From: a bacterium
GTDB taxonomy: Bacteria > Patescibacteriota > Minisyncoccia > Phycocordibacterales > Phycocordibacteraceae
Reading direction: 5' to 3'
DNA: 64,000 nt
Assembly: GCA_030651285.1 (NCBI GenBank)
Contig: JAUSCN010000012.1
Coordinates: 9,441 to 73,440, forward strand
Positions 47,453-56,533 of this stretch are shown in pieces. Each line of letters starts with the position of its first letter. Position 1 is the stretch's first letter. The notes below the pieces were generated by a model, which was not told where the DNA came from, ran no database searches, and saw nothing but the letters and a program-made list of their open reading frames with translations. A program made the translations under genes and the position numbers.

Positions 47453-48145
47453 CTACGTATGCACAGATAGGTCTTTCGGCACGACAATTGCGAGATGCTC
47501 AAGAATCATGCGTACTGGCGCACTCCGGTCATACAAATGGCTCCGTAACTCGGAGATTTCCGAAAGAAGCTCGACACTAGCTTTGTATTTTTTTACGCGC
47601 AGCGCTGCATATGCCGCGACTTCAATACCATTCACGATCTCTATTGCCTCATCACGACGAGCTCGCCGATCATCCTCGTCCTTCCCGCTCGTCAGTTTCT
47701 TTATCATCGTACTGCGTTTCTCGCGACTCGATTCTATAAACTTCTGCGCCATTTCTGAAATAGCGTCGGCAGGGAGTCTTTCAGAGGAAGTAAGTAGAAC
47801 GACGCGCGAGCGCAATGTCGGCAACAGACCGCCAAGCGTCGGCAGCACTAAGAAAAGATATGTTCCCCGAGGTGGTTCTTCAAAAATCTTCAGCAACGCA
47901 TTCTGCGCCTCATGATACGCGCGACCAGCAGTGATGATGAGCGCTTTGTATTGACCCTCAAATGGCGCTTGCGCAGCAATATCAGCGATTCGGCGTGCAT
48001 CAGAAACCGACAAGAGCCCATAGCGGAGTACGACCACATCAGAATTCCCTTTCGATTCCATCTTGAGCTCGCTCGAGAGCCATCGCTCCGCGATGCCAAC
48101 TCCCTTTTCCATATTCGCCTCGATAACAAACGCATGGTGCCGCAT
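47453..48145 (-). CDS. DNA polymerase III delta' subunit-like protein (short)
   Basis: EAQNALLKIFEEPP, LLPTLRSR. Confidence 0.8.
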   Translation of the reverse strand: MRHHAFVIEANMEKGVGIAERWLSSELKMESKGNSDVVVLRYGLLSVSDARRIADIAAQAPFEGQYKALIITAGRAYHEAQNALLKIFEEPPRGTYLFLVLPTLGGLLPTLRSRVVLLTSSERLPADAISEMAQKFIESSREKRSTMIKKLTSGKDEDDRRARRDEAIEIVNGIEVAAYAALRVKKYKASVELLSEISELRSHLYDRSAPVRMILEHLAIVVPKDLSVHT

Positions 48146-48280
48146 GAAAATAAGTATAGCTCCTCCCCTCAATTTCTCGCGGGTATATTGACATATTATA
48201 TATAATATGCTGAAATAGATTTAGAGACACTGCTTGGCGACTCAAAAACCAATGAGATCTTTTATAGAAAGGGGTATGCG

Positions 48281-48649
48281 ATGAGGAACTCAATCGCAAC
48301 AGTTATGCTGTTTTGTTTAGTGGGCCTGATATGCAGTTGTGGCCTCTCAAAAGAGGAAAAAGAAGCAGCTGAGATTCCAGCCGAACCACAAATGACTCCC
48401 TGGGTCCCGGAAGAAACCTTTGTGACCATCCGGCCAGTCGAAAGAGTCAAGGATTCCACAAAAGGGTTCGTACCAGTTCGCCGACTGAAAACTGGTAGCG
48501 TATACTCCGCCGAGCTCGAAATATATCGAGAGGTTCCCGTCGGATCCAAAGTCACGGTATCCAAAATGGATTGGCCGATAAGCAGCGCTCAGAGATTTGG
48601 CTCTGATGCGGCGCACCTCATTATTACGGAAGCTTTGATAGACAAGTAA
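48281..48649 (+). CDS. Putative lipoprotein
   Basis: Signal peptide with lipobox-like ICSC; own terminator. Confidence 0.65.
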   Translation: MRNSIATVMLFCLVGLICSCGLSKEEKEAAEIPAEPQMTPWVPEETFVTIRPVERVKDSTKGFVPVRRLKTGSVYSAELEIYREVPVGSKVTVSKMDWPISSAQRFGSDAAHLIITEALIDK

Positions 48650-48661
48650 TACCTGTATAGC

Positions 48662-48689
48662 GGGCTCCTGACGGAAACGTCAGGAGCCC
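48662..48689 (+). terminator. Intrinsic terminator
   Basis: GGGCTCCTGACG-gaaa-CGTCAGGAGCCC-TTTCTTTT. Confidence 0.85.
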
Positions 48690-48695
48690 TTTCTT

Positions 48696-49721
48696 TTATT
48701 GCTTCGCGATGATGCTCTTCTGATACGTGTCCAGGTGCTTCAGTGCGATGCCGGTACCGCGCGCGACGCAGAAGTAAGGGTCCGTCGCAAGTTTTGCGAC
48801 CACACCCGTACGACGAAAGACGAGTTCTGGGAGCTGACGCAACTGCGAAGAACCACCAGTAAGAATGATGCCATTGTCGATGATATCTGCAGCAAGCTCG
48901 GGCGGAGTCTCTTGAAGCACTTTGCGAATCGCCTGCATCATCTCACGAAGTTCGCGTGCCATCGCCTGCACAAGATCATTAGAAGTGAGCTCAATGGTGC
49001 GCGGAAGACCACTTACCATATCGCGCCCCTTTACTGACATCGTAAGCTCGTCATTAAGCGGTACGGCAGTGCCAATCTTTATCTTTACTTCCTCAGCAGT
49101 CTTGTCGCCGATCGAAAGATTGTGCTGTTTCTTTACATAATCGATGACGGCACGATCAAGACGATCCCCCGCACACTTCACACTCGTCGATGCAACGATG
49201 CCGCCGAGCGAGATCACTGCTACGTCGATCGTGCCGCCGCCAATATCTACAACCATGCGCCCCATCGGCTCATGAATCGGGATGCCAGCGCCAATAGCAG
49301 CAAGGATCGGCTCTTTCACCACGTACGCATTTTTTGCCCCGGCTTTTACTGCAGCCTCGATAACCGCACGCTTCTCTGTCGATGTGACTCCTGCAGGGAC
49401 CGAAATAAGCATTGTCGGCTTGAACGGGTTTCGGCCAAGTGCTTTTCGTATGAAATACCGGAGCATTGCTTCAGTTACGCGGTAATTCGCGATCACGCCA
49501 TCTTTCATGGGGCGGTACGCGACGATGTCATCCGGGGTGCGGCCGATCATCTTCTTTGCATCTGCGCCTATGGCAAGAATCTTGTTACTTCCGCGTTTTC
49601 CATGCTCCTTGCCGACCGCAACAACCGACGGTTCATTGATCACAACCCCCTTCCCAGGCACAAATACGAGCACATTGGTTGTCCCCAGATCAATACCGAG
49701 CTTCGGAGAAAAGAAAGACAT
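48696..49721 (-). CDS. mreB: MreB/Mbl paralog
   Basis: LGIDLGTTN, RPMKDGVIA, DIGGGT, LTGGSS. Confidence 0.92.
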   Translation of the reverse strand: MSFFSPKLGIDLGTTNVLVFVPGKGVVINEPSVVAVGKEHGKRGSNKILAIGADAKKMIGRTPDDIVAYRPMKDGVIANYRVTEAMLRYFIRKALGRNPFKPTMLISVPAGVTSTEKRAVIEAAVKAGAKNAYVVKEPILAAIGAGIPIHEPMGRMVVDIGGGTIDVAVISLGGIVASTSVKCAGDRLDRAVIDYVKKQHNLSIGDKTAEEVKIKIGTAVPLNDELTMSVKGRDMVSGLPRTIELTSNDLVQAMARELREMMQAIRKVLQETPPELAADIIDNGIILTGGSSQLRQLPELVFRRTGVVAKLATDPYFCVARGTGIALKHLDTYQKSIIAKQ

Positions 49722-49838
49722 TGTTCGCATACTACCAAATGCTCCCTGTTTTGCACCCAATGGCACGATGAGACATCGCCCAAGAGCGCAGCGATTGGCT
49801 TTTGCAAACAGCAGTCCTTTAGGGGTAAGATACTTCGC

Positions 49839-51149
49839 ATGCCAAGTGGAATAAACTTTAAGATCGAGGGCGGGAAGAAACTGAAAGGGCGCGTTGAGAC
49901 AAGTCGTTCGAAAAATGGCGCTGTGGCACTCCTGGCGGCATCACTCCTTAATAAAGGACGCACCACGCTCGAGCACATGCCGAAGATCGAGGAGGTCAAC
50001 CGCCTCATCGAAGTACTGCGCTCGATCGGCGTCTCGGTCGAGTGGCAGGGATCAAGCGTCGTGATTCAGCTGCCGAAGAAAATCTCTTTGAAAACTATCG
50101 ACCGTACCGCAGCGACTCGGACCCGCAGCATCCTGATGTTCATTGGCCCCCTGCTCCACGTATTTAAGAAATTCGATTTGCCACAGTCAGGCGGCTGCAC
50201 GCTTGGGCTCCGCTCCGCACGCCCGCACCTGATGGCGCTCGAGAAGTTCGGTGTCGATATTGAGGCCCGCTCCGAATCTTTCACCGTCACTTGCGAGAAG
50301 CCCGTCCCCGCCGACGTCATCCTCTACGAGTCGAGCGACACAGCGACCATTAACGCACTGTACGCAGCCGCACGCACAGATGGTGTAAGCACTATCAGAT
50401 ACGCATCTGCGAACTACCAGGTGCAGGAAGTCTGCGGATTCTTGCAGGCACTTGGCGTCTCAATTGAAGGAATCGGGTCAACATCGCTCACGATTCACGG
50501 CGTAACCGATATCAATCGTGATATTTCCTACAGCATCGCCGAAGACCCGACCGATGCGATGTTCTTCATAGCGACCGCAGTAGTGACAACCTCTGCAATC
50601 ACGATCGCTGGCGCACCTATCGAGTTCCTCGAAGTCGAGCTTCTTCTGCTCGAAAAGATGGGCCTCAAATTCTCCCTTTCAAATCCTCGCCTATCTGACA
50701 ACGGCATCACAAAGCTTGTCGATATATCGATCAAGCCCTCAAAACTGGTAGCATTCCCTGAAAAGATTCACGCACGCCCGTACCCTGGTCTTAACATCGA
50801 CAACCTTCCCTTCTTCGCAGTCATTGCGACACAAGCAGAAGGCATCACACTCATTCATGACTGGGTCTACGAGAAGCGCGCCATCTACTACACCGAGCTC
50901 GATCGTCTTGGCGCATCCACCACTCTTCACGACCCGCATCGCATTTCAATCAAAGGCGTTTCAAGACTGAAGCCAGCTGAAGTCATATGTCCGCCAGCAC
51001 TTCGCCCTGCGACCATCATTCTTGTAGCGATGCTCGCAGCAAAGGGTCACTCACTGCTTCGCAACGTGTACAGCATCAATCGTGGATACGAAGATATCGT
51101 AGCTCGCCTACAGAAACTCGGCGCTTCGATCGAAGCACACACTGACTAA
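49839..51149 (+). CDS. murA: UDP-N-acetylglucosamine 1-carboxyvinyltransferase
   Basis: SKNGAVALL, GGCTLG.R (catalytic Cys), PYPG, INRGYE; start MPSG inferred. Confidence 0.94.
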   Translation: MPSGINFKIEGGKKLKGRVETSRSKNGAVALLAASLLNKGRTTLEHMPKIEEVNRLIEVLRSIGVSVEWQGSSVVIQLPKKISLKTIDRTAATRTRSILMFIGPLLHVFKKFDLPQSGGCTLGLRSARPHLMALEKFGVDIEARSESFTVTCEKPVPADVILYESSDTATINALYAAARTDGVSTIRYASANYQVQEVCGFLQALGVSIEGIGSTSLTIHGVTDINRDISYSIAEDPTDAMFFIATAVVTTSAITIAGAPIEFLEVELLLLEKMGLKFSLSNPRLSDNGITKLVDISIKPSKLVAFPEKIHARPYPGLNIDNLPFFAVIATQAEGITLIHDWVYEKRAIYYTELDRLGASTTLHDPHRISIKGVSRLKPAEVICPPALRPATIILVAMLAAKGHSLLRNVYSINRGYEDIVARLQKLGASIEAHTD

Positions 51150-51153
51150 TTCA

Positions 51154-51447
51154 ATGAAATCAATCAAAGACATTCTTCCCGATATTCAGAAAAAGGCAGC
51201 AGAAGCGCCAAAGGGAAAGAAGCGTCAGACCGAGCGTGGAGAACTCATGCGCTTCTTCCTGCGCCACCTTAATCACGCCCGCACACACGACGGCCTCGCA
51301 CCCATGACCATGGCACACCTCGGTGTCGTGCTTGAACAAATTCCAACCGCAGACCTCTACTACCTGAAGAGCGTATGCAGTCAAGCAAAGAATTTCAGCA
51401 AGAAATTCTGGTGGGAACTAGACCCCACGAAGCACCCGTCTCCTTGA
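51154..51447 (+). CDS. Hypothetical protein
   Basis: 97-aa ORF in operon context, DLYYLKSVC...FSKKFWW. Confidence 0.65.
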   Translation: MKSIKDILPDIQKKAAEAPKGKKRQTERGELMRFFLRHLNHARTHDGLAPMTMAHLGVVLEQIPTADLYYLKSVCSQAKNFSKKFWWELDPTKHPSP

Positions 51448-51468
51448 TTTTTTGCTATAGTTCGCCGC

Positions 51469-52815
51469 ATGAAAGAGATCGTGCAAGATGGTGCGCCCGT
51501 ACTGCGTAAAGTCGCAGAACTAGTCCCCGAAGAACTCTTCGGGACGCCTGCGCTTGCGCGCATGATTAAAGATATGGAGGAGGCTCTTGATAAGGAGCTC
51601 GATGGTGTCGCGCTCGCAGCACCGCAAATCGATCTCTCATACCAAATATTTATCGTGCGCAAAGACCGCACACTCCCACCACTTCCAAAAGGAACGCAAA
51701 ACACTCCCTCATCTTCGGAAACAGACATATATATCAATCCGAAAATTGTGCGAACTTCTCGCAAGCGCGCAAAAAGAGATGAGGGCTGTCTCTCCGTGCG
51801 CGGTGTCTACGGCACCACTGATAGGCACGAGCGCGTCACCATCAAAGCGCGTCGACCAGACGGTTCCCAGGTCGAGCGCGGTGCAGGTGGCCTCATGGCA
51901 CAGATATTCGAACACGAAATCGACCACCTCAATGGCATTCTTTTCATTGACCACGCTACACAGCTCGTACAGGTTGCGCGCGGTTCAGAACGCCGCTTCG
52001 CCTACTTCGGCACACCGAAAGTCTCGAGCGACACGCTTTCCATCCTTATTGAGAACGGCTTCATTCCTGCAGTCGTCATCACCTCGCCAGATGCGCCGCG
52101 CGGCCGCGGCCTCACGCTCACGCCCTCAGAAACGAAGTCTGTAGCGCTTGAGCACGACATTCCTGTCCTGACCCCGGAAAAACTCGATGCCGATGCAATT
52201 GCCGCAATCCACGCATACGAGTGTGACTATGCGCTCGTCGTCGCCTACGGAAAGATATTTCCCGAGACACTTATTGAATCTTTCCCGCACGGAGTCCTGA
52301 ACGTGCACTATTCCCTGCTTCCGAAATACCGCGGAGCAACACCAATGGAAGCTGCGCTCCTTGCTGGCGACCCGACGACCGGCGTGACCATTCAGAAGAT
52401 GGTGAAAGAGCTCGACGCAGGAGACATCATCGCCCAAAAAGAAACGAAGATAGAGTCAGATGAAACCGCTCGCGAACTACGCCCAAGACTCATCGAGATG
52501 GGTGCTGGACTACTCGTTGCGACGCTTCCAGACTATCTGAGCGACGCCATCACCCCAGTTCCGCAAGACCACTCAAAAGCGTCGCGCTCCCGCAAGACCA
52601 AGAAAGAGGAAGGTCAACTTTCCCTTGATGCATCAGCACTCGAGAATTGGAATAAATACCGCGCATACGCTGATTCTATCGGCACGTATTTCTTCGAAAA
52701 CGGAAAACGGATCAAGATAACTTCGGCGGCACTCAAGAACGGAAACTTCGTCATCGAACGAGTCATCCCCGAAGGCAAGAAAGAAATGTCGTACAGCGAC
52801 TTCTCCAAAAAATAA
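51469..52815 (+). CDS. def-fmt: Fused peptide deformylase / methionyl-tRNA formyltransferase
   Basis: GVALAAPQ, EGCLS, HEIDHLNG then FAYFGTP, VVAYG, NVHYSLLPKYRGATP, LDAGDI in one frame. Confidence 0.9.
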   Translation: MKEIVQDGAPVLRKVAELVPEELFGTPALARMIKDMEEALDKELDGVALAAPQIDLSYQIFIVRKDRTLPPLPKGTQNTPSSSETDIYINPKIVRTSRKRAKRDEGCLSVRGVYGTTDRHERVTIKARRPDGSQVERGAGGLMAQIFEHEIDHLNGILFIDHATQLVQVARGSERRFAYFGTPKVSSDTLSILIENGFIPAVVITSPDAPRGRGLTLTPSETKSVALEHDIPVLTPEKLDADAIAAIHAYECDYALVVAYGKIFPETLIESFPHGVLNVHYSLLPKYRGATPMEAALLAGDPTTGVTIQKMVKELDAGDIIAQKETKIESDETARELRPRLIEMGAGLLVATLPDYLSDAITPVPQDHSKASRSRKTKKEEGQLSLDASALENWNKYRAYADSIGTYFFENGKRIKITSAALKNGNFVIERVIPEGKKEMSYSDFSKK

Positions 52816-52842
52816 AGCCCGCATTGTGCGGGCTTTATTTTT
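52808..52842. terminator. Bidirectional intrinsic terminator
   Basis: AAAAATAAAGCCCGCA-ttg-TGCGGGCTTTATTTTT. Confidence 0.85.
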
Positions 52843-52848
52843 CAATGC

Positions 52849-53211
52849 TTAGCGTCCGAAACGGAGGAGACTCTTCAGTGCTGCACCGCCCCGCCGGAAG
52901 AGTTTCCGTGCGCGCCCGCGCGAGCGGCGTATCTCCGCTTCAAGATCGCCGCGTACCCTATCTGCCGCCGTCGCCGCCGTCGGCTTCACTACTTCAGCGC
53001 GATATACTTCATTATCAACCTTGATACGCGCAACAAGACGACAAGGTTCCGCTGAACGCCCTTCTGCCGGAGCATTCTCGATCTCGATTTCAAGCAATGC
53101 TGTTTCAGCCTTATCTCCGAGAAGGCGCAGCGGCGCCGATAACTTTTCCTTAAGAAGAGCTTCTGTCTCGGGAGTGAGGTTATATCTCGTCGCTCTAATG
53201 GTGATGTTCAT
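52849..53211 (-). CDS. Ribosome hibernation factor HPF/RaiA family
   Basis: MNITIRA...LTP...EKL pattern, 120 aa. Confidence 0.75.
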   Translation of the reverse strand: MNITIRATRYNLTPETEALLKEKLSAPLRLLGDKAETALLEIEIENAPAEGRSAEPCRLVARIKVDNEVYRAEVVKPTAATAADRVRGDLEAEIRRSRGRARKLFRRGGAALKSLLRFGR

Positions 53212-53222
53212 GGTGAGGATTA

Positions 53223-53447
53223 TCAGCTGATAACACTGATCATTTTACCGCGAGAACGGTGCCCTGTCAGGATACGCACTTTCCCCAACGGCCTCCCGAG
53301 CCGCAGTGCGACCAGCTCACGCACCCGATCGTTTGCACGGTTCTGAGCCGCGGGCTCTTTGACTGAAATTAGAAGCATCTCCCCTTTTTCTTCGATCTTC
53401 TCCTTCTTCGCATCTGGCGTGACGAATACTTTTATATACATCATCAA
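53223..53447 (-). CDS. DUF167 (YggU) family protein
   Basis: VTPDAK, VKEPA..NRAN, I..GH.SR.K. Confidence 0.85.
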   Translation of the reverse strand: MMMYIKVFVTPDAKKEKIEEKGEMLLISVKEPAAQNRANDRVRELVALRLGRPLGKVRILTGHRSRGKMISVIS

Positions 53448-53533
53448 AAGTATACTCTCCTCAAGCAGGCTTTGCGGCTGACGCTGTTTAGGCTAGAATG
53501 CCTAAGCGCTTTCTAGGAAGCGTACAGAACCAT

Positions 53534-53605
53534 TCCGCGGTAGCTCAATGGTAGAGCAGCGCCCTGTTAAGGCGTTGGTTGTAGGTTCGAGTCCTACCCG
53601 CGGAG
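53534..53605 (+). tRNA. tRNA-Asn(GTT)
   Basis: Acceptor TCCGCGG/CCGCGGA, anticodon arm GCGCC-CTGTTAA-GGCGT, T-arm GTAGG-TTCGAGT-CCTAC; CCA not encoded. Confidence 0.96.
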
Positions 53606-55303
53606 CAGAGTTGGACAAGCAGCGACAAAATCCTCATTTCGACTAGAAGTATCAACGATATTTCTAGGTTCGAACCGGGGATTTTTCGCTTTTACCTCAA
53701 GTAAGCCGTCCGCAAATATTTGGAGCGGTTTCTTCAAGCAAACATTGAGTTTTTTATCGTGCAGAGTTAGGTTCTGACTGATCTCGATAAGAGCGTCTTT
53801 CTTGGCATCGAAGTCATCACTCAAGAAGACTTCCGAAAGTCCGACCGGAAACGAAAACACCCTCGCGGCCGCGTCTTTACGCTCTCCTGCGGTATCCTTC
53901 AGTTTTTCCCTGATCTCCTCTATATCGGCCAATATGGGGGCGGAGAGCCGCATAAACTTATCTTCCTCAATCAACCCCTTTGCGTGCATACCGACGAGCC
54001 CATCATATTCGTGTTCCTTCTTGGAAAGTTCCCGTTCCCAAGCCACCGTTACGTCCTTTGCGAGAAGCGCGTCTTTCTTCTCGAGCTCGTTGAGATAGGC
54101 TAGGCACCATTCACTTAGAGCTGGAGAGATCTCGAGGTTTTCTTGCACATAACTCGCCATAGTCTCATTTGCTTTGCGTTCCTCGACGCTCTTCTGACGA
54201 CAACCTTTCCGACCCCAGCGGGAGCAATGCAGGTAGATGTAGCGTAGGAACTTCGCCCCTTTCATCTTGCTGATGGAGAGCTCACAATTTGGGCATTCAT
54301 CTCTGTTGAGGTAGGAAAACTTGTGGCGGCACTCGGGACAGATGATCTGGTGCTTTATCTCTGCGGTAACGGGGCCTCCGCAATCCACACACTTTGCCAG
54401 TCCGCTGTATGCAGAGAGATTCTTGCGAGTTTGTGGGCGCGGCCGGTCCGAGCAGCCCATCATCGTGAGAATGCGGTAATGCTGTTCTCGAGTGATCATA
54501 CGAGGAACCGCCGGATTCACCTGATACTCCTGACGTTCTCCATTCTCGTTGATGGCGTAGAAGAATCCGGCATAGTACGGGTCTTTGAGCGTTCGGTAGA
54601 GTTGAGAGAGTTTGATTGGCTTACCGCCTTCTTTCTTGCGCTGGATCGTACGGAAGCCAAGCACCTTGTCCGAATATTCGTGAACCTCGCGGACCGAATA
54701 CTTGCCCGTCAGGTACATCTCAAACATTTTCTTGACCAGCTCAAACCGCTCTGGATCGGGAAGAATCTTGCAATCGCCCTTCTTGCCGTAATCGTTCACA
54801 TATCCCGGCTTCGCTATTCCGGGCACGACACCTTGCTCGTACTTCTTCCTCAAACCTCGCTTCACATCCACGCCCTTATTATCGTTCTCAAGCTTCGCTT
54901 GGCTTGTGAGCATATTGAAGAAGAACTTGTCCGAGGGAGTGTTCTTGAAAGTCTGAGAGGGCGTCACAATTTCAAGTAGCAAACCGCGGTCCATCAGGTC
55001 AATGAGCCGCGCTGCATCTATCGCATTGCGCGAAAGTCGATTCGGGTGCCAAGCGATGATTCCCTGAAAACGGCCCCTCTCAATACGCTTGATGAGGTCC
55101 TCAAATACGGTTCGTTGAAATGGTAGTTTTGCCGAACGCGATTCCGAGAAAATGAAATCGTCGTCGACTTTGATACCCTGACGTTTTGCCAAAGAGCCGT
55201 CTTCCGAGATTTGAGATTCTATCGAAAGCGCTTGGCGATCCTCAGCCTCACTCGACTTGCGAGCGTAGATTGCATACTTGATCAGTTTGGTAAGAGTTTT
55301 CAT
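53594..55303 (-). CDS. Large serine recombinase (integrase)
   Basis: YARKSSE catalytic motif, NRLSRN, recombinase domain, zinc ribbon (CVDCG, CPEC, CPNC), coiled coil; stop codon inside tRNA-Asn. Confidence 0.93.
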   Translation of the reverse strand: MKTLTKLIKYAIYARKSSEAEDRQALSIESQISEDGSLAKRQGIKVDDDFIFSESRSAKLPFQRTVFEDLIKRIERGRFQGIIAWHPNRLSRNAIDAARLIDLMDRGLLLEIVTPSQTFKNTPSDKFFFNMLTSQAKLENDNKGVDVKRGLRKKYEQGVVPGIAKPGYVNDYGKKGDCKILPDPERFELVKKMFEMYLTGKYSVREVHEYSDKVLGFRTIQRKKEGGKPIKLSQLYRTLKDPYYAGFFYAINENGERQEYQVNPAVPRMITREQHYRILTMMGCSDRPRPQTRKNLSAYSGLAKCVDCGGPVTAEIKHQIICPECRHKFSYLNRDECPNCELSISKMKGAKFLRYIYLHCSRWGRKGCRQKSVEERKANETMASYVQENLEISPALSEWCLAYLNELEKKDALLAKDVTVAWERELSKKEHEYDGLVGMHAKGLIEEDKFMRLSAPILADIEEIREKLKDTAGERKDAAARVFSFPVGLSEVFLSDDFDAKKDALIEISQNLTLHDKKLNVCLKKPLQIFADGLLEVKAKNPRFEPRNIVDTSSRNEDFVAACPTLLRG

Positions 55304-55489
55304 AGAGAGAAAGCAAAAGTGGGACAACAACGGAGCTACTTAATCGCCAGACCAAGTACCGTTATTGTCCCGCTTTTACTGACAAGCGAAAAATATTCGA
55401 TTGTCGCACTTGGTCTGGCGTTTCTATCATATCGTAGATATTCGTTCTTTTGAGTAAACACAACTGACACTCGGCTCAGAGATAGACCC

Positions 55490-55712
55490 CCTTTACCCCC
55501 AGCGAACTTTCAGTTCAGGGGATACGCCGTACTCTTGTTCCGATTTCTCCCGGAGAGTGACGAGTTTCTATTCTCGGACGGGTCATTTGTTCCCGAACGG
55601 TAGACCTGATTACGCCAGAAACTATCAGCGTCACACGTAATCAGCGTTGGCTTACTTGGCCGACACACGGCATCCCTGTACCGCGGGATCACGGAGCCAG
55701 TCCTGTGCCTAT
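55490..55712. ncRNA. Candidate structured non-coding element upstream of the recombinase
   Basis: Several stems: GAACT/AGTTC within CCCC/GGGG, CTGATTACG/CGTAATCAG, GTTGGC/GCCGAC, ATCCC/GGGAT, GCCGT/ACGGC closing. Confidence 0.35.
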
Positions 55713-55769
55713 TCTGTTTTTACAAGCCTCGCACAGGGTTCCCCCCAAGGCTTGAAGAGGTGCGTATTT

Positions 55770-55982
55770 CTACGCACTGGTCTTTGGGTCCAAGAGGATT
55801 TCTCCTCTTGCCTGAACGGACGAAACACGTTCCTCCCCTCGGGCAAGAGCAGTACGAGCAAGGCGAGCCAGACGCAACAGCGAAACGCCCAATTCATTCG
55901 CTTGGTCGTTCGAGACTGATACACCGTAGTCACGGCGCATAATCTGCTGCAAATCGGTTCTCGCTTTGTCGCTCAAGACCAT
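55770..55982 (-). CDS. Small hypothetical protein upstream of the recombinase
   Basis: 70-aa ORF MVLSDKARTDLQQIMRRDYG...ANELGVSLL, co-oriented with the integrase. Confidence 0.65.
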   Translation of the reverse strand: MVLSDKARTDLQQIMRRDYGVSVSNDQANELGVSLLRLARLARTALARGEERVSSVQARGEILLDPKTSA

Positions 55983-56119
55983 TCCTTCAGCGTAAGGAAA
56001 GTGAGGATTCTCCGTAATTGTCCTAGGGTTGTCGGCGACTTATCAAAAATGGGGAAAACTACTTCTCGTTGTCCACAACAAAAGCGGGGCGGTACTGTGT
56101 GTTGGGGGTATAATGATGC

Positions 56120-56265
56120 TGTGCGAAGCCCGTTGGTAGCGGGCATTATGAGAGCGCTGTTGTCTGTACGCTGGGACTCTTGCGGTAAATACTACCTCAA
56201 GCACTCTCAGCCCAAGGGGACCAGCGTACAGGCCGCAGCAAAAGCTCATAGGGATGGTTCGCACA
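56120..56265 (+). ncRNA. Candidate ~145-nt long-hairpin small RNA
   Basis: TATAAT at 56109-56114; nested stems TGTGCGAA/TTCGCACA, TATGAG/CTCATA, GTCTGTACGCTGG/CCAGCGTACAGGC. Confidence 0.55.
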
Positions 56266-56488
56266 AAAATCCTTACCAAAGGACGGTGTGATTATTAGCT
56301 ATGTGATTGTTGCTATGGCAAAAAAAGACGACGTAACGTCTCCCAAGAACGCGAAGCTTGCTTCTGCGATTCTCCGAGGCGCGATAAAGAAGCCGACAAT
56401 GGCCCAAATTAAGACCTTGGCCGCCATTACGCTTGATAACGCAGCGAACAAGAAGAGGAAGTAGTCCTTTCGCCGCTTGTTGGGTTAA

Positions 56489-56519
56489 GAACAGCACCAC
56501 GATTGTCGTGGTGCTGTTC
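56489..56519 (-). terminator. 14-bp perfect hairpin after the 56534-57238 gene
   Basis: GAACAGCACCACGA-ttg-TCGTGGTGCTGTTC. Confidence 0.65.
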
Positions 56520-56533
56520 GGTTCTAATAAGAA

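Noticed and set aside
49122-49838. Long N-terminal extension or fusion on MurA (675-aa ORF)
   Set aside because: The extension is the antisense shadow of the second mreB; MurA similarity starts at 49839.
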